NCBI RefSeq assembly: GCF_006345805.1 | Contig: NC_043001.1 | Location: forward strand, 124,001 to 188,000 | Length of the DNA stretch: 64,000 bases | Reading direction: 5' to 3' | Origin: Octopus sinensis | Taxonomy: Eukaryota | Shown here: positions 52,101-64,000 of the stretch, piece after piece | Layout: each line of letters opens with the position of its first letter | Numbering within the stretch: position 1 is the first letter of the stretch | Program-made: the position numbers and the translations under genes | Notes under the pieces: model-generated | The model's input: only the letters and a program-made list of their open reading frames with translations | Told to the model about the DNA's origin: nothing | The model's database searches: none

Positions 52101-55100
52101 AAAGCGTCTATGTGCTTAAAGAGGATTGGGAGCTGAAGAAGAGAAAGAAAGCGTCTATGTGCTTAAAGAGAGATTGAGAGCTGAAAGAAGAGAAAGAAAG
52201 CGTCTATGTCTTTAAGAGAGAGATTGAGAGCTGAAAGAAGAGAAAGAAAGCGCCTATGTGCTTAAAGAGAGATTGAGAGCTGAAAGAAGAGAAAGAAAGC
52301 GTCTATGTGCTAAACAGAGATTGAGAGCTGAAAGAAGAGAAAAAAGCGTCTATGTGCTTAAAGAGACATTGAGAGCTGAAAGAAGAGGAAAAGCCTCAAT
52401 GTGCTAAAGAGGGAGTTGAGAGCTGAAAGAAGAGAATGAAACGTCTATGTGCTTAAAGAGAGATTGAAGAACTGAAAGAAGAGACAGAAAGCGTCTATGT
52501 GCTTAAAGAGAGATTGAGAGCTGAAAGAAGAGAAAGAAAGCGTCTATGTGCTTAAAGAGAGATTGAGAGCTGAAAGAAGAGAAAGAAGCGTCTATGTGCT
52601 TAAAGAGAGATTGAGTGCTGAAAGAAGAGAAAAAAGCGTCTATGTGCTTAAAGAGAGATTGAGAGCTGAAAGAAGAAAAGAAAGCGTCTATGTGCTTAAA
52701 GAGAGTTTGAGAGCTGAAGAAGAGGAAGAAAGCCTCTATGTGCTTAAAGAGAGATTGAGAGCTGAAAGAAGAGAAGGAAAGCGTCTACGTGCTTAAAGAG
52801 AGATTGAGAGCTGAAAGAAGAGAAAGAAAGCGTCTATGTGCTTAAAGAGAGATTGAGAGCTGAAAGAAGAGAAAGAAAGCGTCTATGTGCTTAAAGAGGT
52901 ATTGAGAGCTGAAAGAAGAGAAAGAAAGCGTCTATGTGCTTAAAGAGAGATTGAGAGCTGAAAGAAGAGGAAGAAAGCGTCTACGTGCTTAAAGAGAGAT
53001 TGAGAGCTGAAAGAAGAGAAAGAAAGCGTCTACGTGCTTAAAGAGGGTTTGAGAGCTGAAAGAAGAGAAAGAAAGCGTCTATGTGCTTAAAGAGAGTTTG
53101 AGAGCTGAAAGAGGAGAAAGAAAGCGTCTATGTACTTAATGAGAGCTGAATGAAGATAGATTGAGAGCTGAAAGAGGAGAGTAAGAATGAAGAGAAAGAA
53201 GAGAGTTTGAGAGCTGAAAGAAGTGAAAGAAAGCGTCTATGTGCTTAAAGGGAGATTGAGAGCTGAAAGAAGAAAAGAAAGCGTCTATGTGCTTAAAGAG
53301 AGATTGAGAGCTTAAAGAAGAGACGCTTTCTTCCTCTTCTTTCAGCTCTCAATCTCTCTTTAAGCACATAGACACTTTCTTTCTCTTCTTTCAGCTCTCA
53401 ATTTCTCTAAGTACATAGACGCTTTCTTTCTCTTCTTTCAGCTCTCAATCTCTCTTTAAGCACATAGACGCTTTCTTTCTCTTCTTTCAGCTCTCAATCT
53501 CTCTTTAAACACATAGACGCTTTCTTCCTGTTCTTTCAGCTCTCAATCCCTCTTTAAGCACTCACACGCTTTCTTTCTCTTCTTTCAGCTCTCAATCTCT
53601 CTTTAAGCACATAGACTCTTTCTTTCTCTTCTTTCAGCTCTCAATCTCTCTTTAAGCACATAGACGCTTTCTTCCTCTTCTTTCAGCTCTCAATCTCTCT
53701 TTAAGCACATAGACGCTTTCTTTCTCTTCTTTCAGATCTCAATCTCTCTTTAAGCACATAGACGCTTTCTTTCTCTTCTTTCAGCTCTCAATCTCTCTTT
53801 AAGCACATAGACGCTTTCTTTCTCTTCTTTCAGCTCTCAATCTCTCTTTAAGCACATAGACGCTTCCTTTCTCTTCTTTCAGCTCTCAATCTCTCTTTAA
53901 GCACATAGACGCTTCCTTTCTCTTCTTTCAGTTCTCAATCTCTCTTTAAGCACATAGACGCTTTCTTTCTCTTCTTTCAGCTCTCAATCTCTCTTTAAGC
54001 ACATAGACGCTTTCTTTCTCTTCTTTCAGCTCTCAATCTCTCTTTAAGTACATAGACGCTTTCGTTCTCTTCTTTCAGCTCTCAATCTCTCTTTAAGCAC
54101 ATAGACGCTTTCTTTCTCTTCTTTCAGCTCTCAATCTCTCTTTAAGCACGTAGACGCTTTCTTTCTCTTCTTTCAGCTCTCAATCTCTCTTTAAGCACAT
54201 AGACGCTTTCTTCCTCTTCTTTCAGCTCTCAATCTCTCTTTAAGCACATAGACGCTTTCTTTCTATTCTTTCAGCTCTGAATCTCTCTTTAAACACATAG
54301 ACGCTTCCTTTCTCTTCTTTCAGCTCTCAATCTCTCTTTATGCACATAGACGTTCTTTCTCTTCTTCAGCTCTATCTCTCTTTAAGCACATAGACGCTTT
54401 CTTCTCTTCTTTCAGCTCTCAATCTCTCTTTAAGCACGTAGACGCTTTATTTTTCTCTTTTTCAGCTCTCAATCTCTCTTTAAGCACATAGAACGCTTTC
54501 TTTCTCTTCTTCAGCTCTCAATCTCTCTTTAAGCACGTAGACGCTTTTCTTTCTCTTCTTTCAGACTCTCAATCTCTTTAAGCACATAGACGCTTTCTTC
54601 TCTCTTTCAGCTCTCAATCTCTCTTTAAGCACATAGACGCTTTCTTTCTTATCTTTCAGCTCTGAATCTCTCTTTAAGCACATAGACGCTTTCTTTCTCT
54701 TCTTCAGCTCTCAATCTCTCTTATGCACATAGACGCTTTCTTTCTCTTCTTTCAGCTCTCAATCTCTCTTTAAGCACATAGACGCTTTCTTCTCCTTTCA
54801 GCTCTCAATCTCTCTTTAAGCACATAGACGCTTTCTTTCTCTTCTTTCAGCTTCAATCGCTCTTTAAGCCACATAGACGCTTTCTTTCTCTTCTTTCAGC
54901 TCTCAATCCTTCTTTAAGCACATAGACGCTTCTTTCTCTTCTTTCAGCTCTCAATCTCTCTCTTTAAGCACATAGACGCTTTCTTTCTCTTCTTTCAGCT
55001 CTCATATCTCTTTAAGCACATAGACGCTTCTTTCTCTTCTTTCAGCTTCAATCCTCTTTAAGCACATAGACGCTTTCTTTCTCTTCTTTCAGCTCTCAAT

Positions 55101-58100
55101 CTCTCTTTAAGCAACATAGACGTTTCTTTCTCTTTTTCAGCTCTCAATCTCTCTTTAGCACATAGACGCTTTCTTTCTCTTCTTTCAGCTCTCAATCTCT
55201 CTTAAGCACATAGACGCTTCTTTTTTTTTCAGCTCTCAATCTCTCTTTAAGCACATAGACGCTTCTTCTCTTTTTCAGCTCTCAATCTCTTTTAAGCACA
55301 TAGACGCTTTCTTTCTCTCTTCAGCTCTCAATCTCTCTTTAAGCACATAGACGCTTTCTTTCTCTTCTTTCAGCTCAATCTCTCTTTAAGCACATAGACG
55401 CTTTCTTTCTCTTCTTTCAGCTCTCAATCTCTCTTTAAGCAACATAGACGCTTTCTTTCTCTTCTCAGCTCTCAATCTCTCTTTAAGCACATAGACGCTT
55501 TCTTTCTCTTCTTTCAGCTCTCAATCTCTCTTTAAGCACATAGACGCTTCTTTCTCTTCTTTCAGCTCTCAATCTCTCTTTAAGCACATAGACGCTTTCT
55601 TCCTCTTCTTTCAGCTCTCAATCTCTCTTTAAGCACATAGACGCTTTCTTTTCTTCTTTCAGCTCTCAATCTCTCTTTAAGCACATAGACGCTTTCTTTC
55701 TCTTCTTTCAGCTCTCAATCTCTCTTTAAGCACATAGACGCTTTCTTTCTCTTCTTTCAGCTCTCAATCTCTCTTTAAGCACATAGACGCTTTCTTCCTC
55801 TCTTCAGCTCTCAATCTCTCTTAAGCACATAGACGCTTTCTTTCTCTTCTTTCAGCTCTCAATCTCTCTTTAAGCACATAGACGCTTTCTTTCTCTTCTT
55901 TCAGCTCTCAATCTCTCTTTAAGCACATAGACGCTTTCTTCTCTTCTTTCAGCTCTCAATCTCTCTTTAAGCACATAGACGCTTTCTTTCTCTTCTTTCA
56001 GCTTCAATCTCTCTTAAGCACATAGACGCTTTCTTTCTCTCTTTCAGCTCTCAATCTCTCTTTAAGCACATAGACGCTTTCTTTCTCTTCTTTCAGCTCT
56101 CAATCTCTTTAAGCACATAGACGCTTTCTTCTTTCTTTCAGCTCTCAATCTCTCTTTAAGCACATAGACGCTTTCTTCTCTCTTCTTTCAGCTCTCAATC
56201 TCTCTTTAAGCACATAGACGCTTTCTTTCTCTTCTTTCAGCTCTCAATCTCTCTTTAAGCACATAGACGCTTTCTTTCTCTTCTTTCAGCTCTCAATCTC
56301 TCTTTAAGCACATAGACGCTTCTTCTTTCTTTCAGCTCTCAATCTCTCTTTAAGCACATAGACGCTTTCTTTCTCTTCTTTCAGCTCTCAATCTCTCTTT
56401 AAGCACATAGACGCTTCTTTCTATCTTTCAGCTCTCAATCTCTCTTTAAGCAACATAGACGCTTTCTTTCTCTTCTTTCAGCTCTCAATCTCTCTTAAGC
56501 ACATAGACGCTTCTTTCTCTTCTTTCAGCTCTCAATCTCTTTTAAGCACATAGACGCTTTCTTCCTCTCTTTCAGCTCAATCTCTCTTTAAGCACATAGA
56601 CGCTTTCTTTCTCTTCTTTCAGCTCTCAATCTCTCTTTAAGCACATAGACGCTTTCTTTCTCTTCTTTCAGCTCTCAATCTCTCTTAAGCACATAGACGC
56701 TTTCTTCCTCTTCTTTCAGCTTCAATCTCTCTTTAAGCACATATAGACGCTTTCTTTCTATTCTTTCAGCTCTCAATCTCTCTTTAAGCACATAGACGCT
56801 TCCTTTCTCTTCTTTCAGCTCTCAATCTCTCTTTAAGCACATAGACGCTTTCTTTCTCTTCTTTCAGCTCTCAATCTCTCTTTAAGCACATAGACGCTTT
56901 CTTCCTCTTCTTTCAGCTCTCAATCCCTCTTTAAGCACATAGACGCTTTCTTCCTCTTCTTTCAGCTCTCAATCCCTCTTTAAGCACATAGACGCTTTCT
57001 TCCTCTTCTTTCAGCTCTCAATCCCTCTTTAAGCACATAGACGCTTTCTTCCTCTTCTTTCAGCACTCAATCTCTCTTTAAGCACATAGACGCTTTCTTT
57101 CTCTTCTTTCAGCTCTCAATCTCTCTTTAAGCACATAGACGCTTTTTCTCTTCTTTCAGCTCTCAATCTCTCTTTAAGCACATAGACGCTTTCTTCCTCT
57201 TCTTTCAGACTCTCATCTCTTTTAAGCACATAGACGCTTTCTTTCTCTTCTTTCAGCTCTCAATCCCTCTTTAAGCACATAGACGCTTTCCTCCTCTTCT
57301 TTCAGCTCTCAATCCCTCTTAAGCACATAGACGCTTTCTTCCTTTCTTTCAGCACTCATCTCTCTTTAAGCACAATAGACGCATTCTTTCTCTTCTTTCA
57401 GCTCTCAATCCCTCTTTAAGCACATAGACGCTTTCTTCCTTTTCTTCAGCTCTCAATCCCTATTTAAGCACATAGACGCTTTCTTTCTCTTCTTTCAGCT
57501 CTCAATCTCTCTTTAAGCACATAGACGCTTTCTTTCTCTTCTTTCAGCTCTCAATCGCTTCTTAAGCACATATAGACGCGTCTTTCTTTCTCTTCTTTCT
57601 GCTCTCAATCTCTCTTTAAGCACATAGACGCTTTCTTTCTCTTCTTTCAGCTCTTAATCTCTATTTACGTACATAGACGCTTTCTTTCTCTTCTTTCAGC
57701 TCTCAATCTCCCTTTAAGCACATAGACGCTTTCTTCCTCTTCTTTCAGCTCTCAATCTCTCTTTAAGTACATAGACGCTTCCTTTCTCTTCTTTCAGCTC
57801 TCAATCTCTCTTTAAGCACATAGACGCTTCCTTTCTCTTCTTTCAGCTCTCAATCTCTCTTTATGCACATAGACGCTTTCTTTCTCTTCTTTCAGCTCTC
57901 AATCTCCCTTTAAGCACATAGACGCTTTCTTCCTCTTCTTTCAGCTCTCAATCTCTGTTTAAGCACATAGACGCTTTCTTTCTCTTCTTTCAGCTCTCAA
58001 TCTCTCTTTAGGTACATAGACGCTTTCTTTCTCCTCTTTCAGCTCTCAATCTCTCTTTAAGTACATAGACGCTTTCTTTCTCCTCTTTCAGTTCTCAATC

Positions 58101-58640
58101 TCTCTTTAGGTACATAGACGCTTTCTTTCTCTTCTTTCAGCTCTCAATCTCTCTTCTTTCTTTCTCTTCTTTCAGCTCTCAATCTCTTTTTAGATACATA
58201 GACGCTTTCTTTCTCTTCTTTCAGCTCTCAATCTCTCTTTAGGTACATAGACGCTTTCTTTCTCCTCCTTCAGCTCTCAATCTTTCTTCTTTCTCTTCTT
58301 TCTTACTCTCCTCTTTCTGCTCTCAATCTCTCTTCTTTCAGCTCTCTTTAAGTACATAGACGCTTTCTTTCTCTTCTTTCAGCTCTCAATCTCTCTTCTT
58401 TCAGCTCTCAATCTCTCTTTAAGCACATAGACGCTTTCTTTCTCTTCTTTTAGCTCTCAAACTCTCTTCTTTCTTGCTCTCCTCTTTCAGCTCTCAATCT
58501 CTCTTTAAGTACATAGACGCTTTCTTTCTCTTCTTTCAGCTCTCAATCTCTCGTCTTCCTCTTCTTTCTTACTCCCTTCTTTCGGCTTCCAATCTCTCTT
58601 TAATTACATTGACGCTCTCTTTCTCTATTTCTTCCCTACC
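49177..58640. repeat. 49-bp satellite array with orientation switches near 51192, 51637 and 53321
   Basis: Unit CTTAAAGAGAGATTGAGAGCTGAAAGAAGAGAAAGAAAGCGTCTATGTG (e.g. 52801 to 52850), about 190 units. Confidence 0.97.
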
Positions 58641-58699
58641 CCCTATTGCACTATTAAGTTAATATAAATTTATATAATTAGATATATAGATAGATAGAT

Positions 58700-61600
58700 A
58701 AAATATCAAGAATGTCCAGTACCTGGAAAAGTGACGAATTGACGTTGTTTCTGAGAGGATGGCGATGCGCCGAATAATATTGTTACGGCTGTGCTGAAGA
58801 GCAGCGGATATAAACGGACGTTAGCTCAAATAGAGCGGAAGAAGCAGGAGTTTATACGCTCCTATGCACTTATCAGATCGCACATTAACACGCTGGATGC
58901 CATCTTTGACAGCGAACCAAGTAAAGATGGCAACGATGGAGACACGGATGCTAATGAAAAAAGTCATCCCTACCTTGTAGACACCTAGGAAGAAAACTCC
59001 AGTGAGAAACCTGCCCGGGAAGTAAACCCAAGTGCAAGTGCTCCTACCAGCACCAAAAGCCATGGAGATAAAAGAACCAAAAAAGGAGGAAAAACTAAAA
59101 CTAAAACTCAGGCAAAACCAAAAAATGAAACAGCCAAGGATAGAAGCAAACCTGACTATCCATATACCAAAAAGGATGGAAACAAACAGCGCACACGGGT
59201 GTGTAGGTTCTACCTGAGAGGTGCCTGCTGGCATGGAGAGGAAGGTGCAGGCTGCCGTTTTGCACATCCGGGACCCTGCCGCAGAGACACGAAACAGGTC
59301 AGAAACCAACTACCGAAAGGAAAAGGGATGGACCACGCACCACCTGCCCCAAAACGGAAGTACACAGATGTGGTGCATGCCACAAACCGCCAACGTGTTG
59401 TTGAAAGGGCAGCTGCTGAACAAGAATCTTTTTTGTGCATGGCTCAAAAGATTGTACAGCAGCTAACCTGGCTCCATCAAACTCAAGCTCGCAGATGGGA
59501 CTATCCACAGTTCACAAGACCACCACAGCAAATAGACCCAAGGTGGACACCACCGGCAACAGCATACACCTCACCTCGATGCTCCTACTGAACATCAGAG
59601 GACTACTAACACACAGTAACAGGACAAAAATCCCGTTCTTGAGAGACTTTGTTGCATGCAATCAAGCCTTATGCATAGCACTTACGGAAACACGCCTGAA
59701 ACCGGACGTAGCGGATGCGGAATTACACATACCACAGTATGTTGTACTACGGACCGACAGAAAAGACAGGAGTCATGGAGGAGTTGCTATGTACATCCGT
59801 GAGGACCTCACACCCCAGGTCCTTTTGTCATACTCAAACTCGGTGTGTGACACACTAATTGTACATGTAAGGCAACTTGGTGTAGTTGTGTGTGCTACAT
59901 ATCGGCCTCCAGATGCCCCAAGCCATATAGGCAAGTTTGAAGACTGCCTTATAAAAATAGAAGAAGTTCTAGTCACACTAGAACAGCACATAAGTGTACT
60001 TCTCATGGGAGACTTCAATCTACCCAATGTCAGATGGCCCGAGGGCCTTTCTCTCCCAGGAATGACACGATGTGAACGGAGACAGGCGAGGTCCCTCCTG
60101 AACCTCATCAACACCCTGTACATGGAGCAAGTAATACTCCAACCAACCAGGGCAGGTAACACACTGGATCTCTGCTTCACAAATAATATGGATCTCATCC
60201 ATAATGTGAAAGTGACACCGACACTACTCTCGGATCACAACATGGTAGAGCTGACCATGTACGGGCCAAAGGAATGCATGGACATACAGCCTACAAGAAA
60301 CTCTCAGAATCTTTCCAGCTTGAACTTCAATAAGGCAAACTGGAAACAAATTGAGAAAGAGATCCTCAAACAAAACTGACCTGAATGTCTCTCCTCGCCA
60401 GACATCGACATGAAACTTCAACAATTCATGTCTGTAATGCAAGCCATATGTTACAAATGTGTCCCAGAGAGAAAGGCCACTATACACAAGAATAAAATCC
60501 CCAGAGAGAGGAAAATTCTAATGAGACGGCGTACAAAAATCTCAAATCGCCTAAACAAACAAATTGAAAGCAGTGAAAGCCTGAAAATTAAACTGTTGGT
60601 AATTGAAAAATGTCTGCAACTCTCCCATGAAAAGGAAAGAGCAGACAAAGAAGCCTGGGCTATAGACAACATAAAATCTAACCCCAGAGCTTTCTACAGG
60701 TATGCCAAAGAAACAGCTCCGGTGCACTGTAAGATAGGGCCACTCCTTGAAAGGGATGGCACACTCACAAGAAATCCAATGAGGGTAAGTGAAATACTAA
60801 ATGAGCAATTCAAGTGTGTTTTCACCCCACCCCTTGGGCATTTCCAAATCACCAATCCAACTGACTTCTTCACCACTACATATATGGGGTTAGAGGCGGC
60901 GATGATTGATTACATCAATATAAAGGAAGACGATGTAATAAAGGCTATAGATGAGATAAAAACAAACTCAGCTACTGGCCCCGATGGATTCCCGGCAATC
61001 CTTCTAAAAGTATGTAAGAGAGTCCTAGCAAGACCACTGCAGTCTCTCTTTCAGAGCTTCCTTGCAACTGGCAAACTTCCAAGAAGACTGAAGGAAGGTA
61101 AAATATGCCCTATTCAAGTTTCACAGGCAATACAGAACCCTGAGGACACTAAACGCCTGCAATGTGAGCTGGACAAAATATACAAGTGGGCTGAAAAGAA
61201 TAGCATGCAGTTCATTGCTGAAAAGTTTCAAGCTTTATGCTATCAGCATGCAAAACTGAATGCAATACCCAATGAATACACTGGACCCATAGGGATTGCA
61301 ATCCCAGAGGCACAATCAGTGCGTGACCTGGGTATTCACATGAGTGATGACGCGACCTTTCATGTACATGTTGCTAAACTGGCAATGAAATGTAGACGGC
61401 TGGCCGGATGGATTCTTAGAACCTTTAGAACAAGAGAACAAGAAACCATGATGGTCCTCTGGAGGACACTTGTCCTAAGCCACTTTGACTATTGCTCTCA
61501 GCTATGGTCACCATCCAGTGTCAAGTTGATCACAGAACTTGAGGCGATTCAACGTAGCTACACGAAGAAGATAGCCTCTGTGCAGAATATAAGCTACTGG

Positions 61601-62004
61601 GAAAGACTCAAGAGATTAAAACTCTATTCCTTGGAGTGTAGGCGAGAAGGATATGCCATAATATATATCTGGAAGATCCTGGAAGGACTTGTCCCAAACT
61701 TTGGCATCGAGAGTCACACAAATGCCAGAACCGGGTGCCACTGCGTGGTACCAAGGACTCCAAATTTGCCATCAAGATATAGGACAAGATACTGTGATAG
61801 CCTGGGCTTCAGAGGCCCACAGCTCTTCAATATCGTCCTGAAGAACCTGAGGGACCTGCATGGTGTAGATGCGGATGTCTTTAAAGTAGGACTGGATCTC
61901 TTCCTGTCAGGTGTCCCGGATGACCAACTTCACGGCAGGAGGTGCAGCTGAGGGTAAAATCATGTAGCAAACCAAATGGCGGTGCCCCAGCATGGCCACA
62001 GCTC
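58700..62004 (+). mobile_element. Near full-length CR1/L2-group LINE; ORF2 (59579-61951) has an APE endonuclease, a premature stop at 60377 and a deletion of the RT core at ~61113
   Basis: LNIRGL, LTETRL, HGGVAMY, YRPP, MGDFNLP, NTLDL, SDHN; KICPI is joined directly to QVSQ, skipping RT domains; 3' end as at 3000-3612. Confidence 0.92.
58712..59591 (+). pseudogene. LINE ORF1 with a Myb/SANT-like N-terminus and a CCCH zinc finger; one frameshift (~58755) and one stop (58986)
   Basis: MSSTWKSDELTLFL/EDGDAPNNIVTAVLKSSGYKRTLAQIERKKQEF and CRFYLRGACWHGEEGAGCRFAH. Confidence 0.6.
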
Positions 62005-63286
62005 ATGTTTGTGACATATCATTCCATGATCGACTTTCTCAAAGGCCTTTGCAAAGTCGAGATATATGACTTCCACATTTGTGTGGTTGAGCAGTCGTTT
62101 CAGCATCCAGTCATAGTGTTGTAGAAGCTGAGTTAAGCAGCTTCTTCCTGGTCGGAAACCATGTTGGGTGTCAGGCAGCAAGTCATTTTCTTCAAGGAAG
62201 GTGATCAGTTTCCTTCTGACTATTCGTTCCATGACCTTGCTGATGTGTGAGGTTAGAGAGATAGGTCTGTAGTTCTTGGCCTCCGCTCTGCTACCTCCTT
62301 TATGAATAGGGCATATTTTACCTTCCTTCAGTTTTCTTGGAAGTTTGCCAGCTGCAAGGAAGCTCTGAAAGAGGAACTGCAGTGGTCTTGCTAGGACTCT
62401 CTTACATACTTTTAGGAGGATTGCCGGGAATCCATTGGGGCCAGTAGCTGAGTCTGTTTTCATTTCATCTATAGCCTTTATATCGATGTAATCTATCGTC
62501 GCCGCCTCTGATTTTATATCTGCAGTGGTAAAGAAGTCAGTTGGATTGGTGATTTGGAAATGCCCAAGGGGTGGAGTGAAAACACTCTTGAATTGCTCAT
62601 TCAGTATTTCACTTACCCTCATTGGATTTCCTGTGAGTGTGCCATCCCTTTCAAGGAGTGGCCCTATTCTACAGTGCACCGTAGCTGTTTCTTTGGCATA
62701 CCTGTAGAAAGCTCTGGGGTTAGATTTTATGTTGTCTATAGCCCAGGCTTCTTTGTCTGCTCTTTCCTTTTCATGAGAGAGTTGCAGGCATTTTTCAATT
62801 GCCAACAGTTTTATTTTCAGGCGGGACTTTTCACTGCTTTCAATTTGTTTGTTTAGGCAATTTGAAATTTTTGTACGCCGTCTCATTAAAATTTTCCTCT
62901 CTCTGGGGATTTTGTTCTTGTGTACAGTGGCCTTTCTCTCTGGGACACATTTGTAGCATATGGCTTGCATTACAGACATGAATTGTTGAAGTTTCACGTC
63001 GATGTCTGGCGAGGAGAGACATTCAGGCCAGTTTTGTTTGAGGATCTCTTTCTCAATTTGTTTCCAGTTTGCCTTATGGAAGTTCAAGCTGGAAAGATTC
63101 TGAGAGTTTCTTGTAGGCTGCATGTCCATGCTTTCCTTTGGCCCGTACATGGTCAGCTCTACCATGTTGTGATCCGAGAGTAGTGTCAGTGTCACTTTCA
63201 CATTATGGATGAGATCCATATTATTTGTGAAGCAGAGATCCAGTGTGCTACCTGCCCTGGTTGGTTGGAGTATTACTTGCTCCATA
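62005..63286 (-). mobile_element. Inverted internal fragment of the same LINE family (APE end to RT domain 3)
   Basis: [12 protein letters not shown]...[19 protein letters not shown]...[10 protein letters not shown]...[13 protein letters not shown] within ORF 61960-63789. Confidence 0.92.
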
Positions 63287-63317
63287 TATATACATATATA
63301 TACATATATATATAACA

Positions 63318-63352
<35 letters not shown>

Positions 63353-63381
63353 GTACATATATATATATATACATATATAAT

Positions 63382-63415
<34 letters not shown>

Positions 63416-63460
63416 ATATACATATATATATATATATACATACATATATAATATATATAC

Positions 63461-63494
<34 letters not shown>

Positions 63495-63557
63495 ATACAT
63501 ACATATATATATATATATACATATATATATACATACATATATATATATATACACACA

Positions 63558-63591
<34 letters not shown>

Positions 63592-64000
63592 CATACATAT
63601 ATATATACATACATATATATATATAACATACATATATATATACATATATATATATATACATATATATATATAATATACATATATATATACATACATATAT
63701 ATATACATACATATATATATACATACATATATATATACACATATATATATACATACATATATATATACACATATATATAGTAAGTACATTTGGAGACCTA
63801 AATCACAAAATATTAATTATAGTTTAATTTGGGAAATAATTTGTAAAACTAAATCATATACTATAGGAGCTAATTGTTGTTATTTATGCTCTAATGAGTT
63901 TAAAGAAATTTTATTTTATAAGTATGATAATTTACTTAATACAGGTGAAGAGCGCAAAATAAAATGCAGACATAGGTTACTTTACCTATATAATAAGTTT

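Noticed and set aside
49177-58640. CRISPR-like array or coding repeat (ORF 52548-52796)
   Set aside because: No unique spacers, the 49-bp unit is not a multiple of 3, no cas genes, eukaryotic context.
61960-63789. 609-aa intact protein
   Set aside because: The N-terminus is a TA microsatellite, the rest is a truncated LINE ORF2, and the C-terminus reads into the antisense tail of the neighbouring copy.

Overview
AT-rich eukaryotic genomic DNA, almost entirely repeats, with a 100-N gap at 49077-49176. The repeat families and microsatellite load suggest an octopus (inference from recalled motifs, not a database search). The only clear host coding sequence is six near-identical copies of a 117-bp phase-1 calcium-binding EGF exon (+ strand, 23811-33630), so much of the window is probably intronic. 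Mobile elements seen: CR1/L2-group LINEs, including a near full-length copy with an unusual ORF1; R4/Dong-type LINEs sitting in (TAA)n; Tx1/L1 fragments in (GATA)n; Penelope-like elements (PLEs); tRNA-derived SINEs; and non-autonomous Helitrons. A 49-bp satellite of about 9.4 kb switches orientation three times. The most notable signal is about nine type I hammerhead ribozyme motifs, folded by eye, of which four or five have an intact catalytic core. Two lie in 640-bp inverted arms bracketing a PLE, and others lie in short elements next to (TA)n. Several near-perfect fold-back hairpins share sequence with these elements. Coordinates were read by eye and element ends may be off by some bases.
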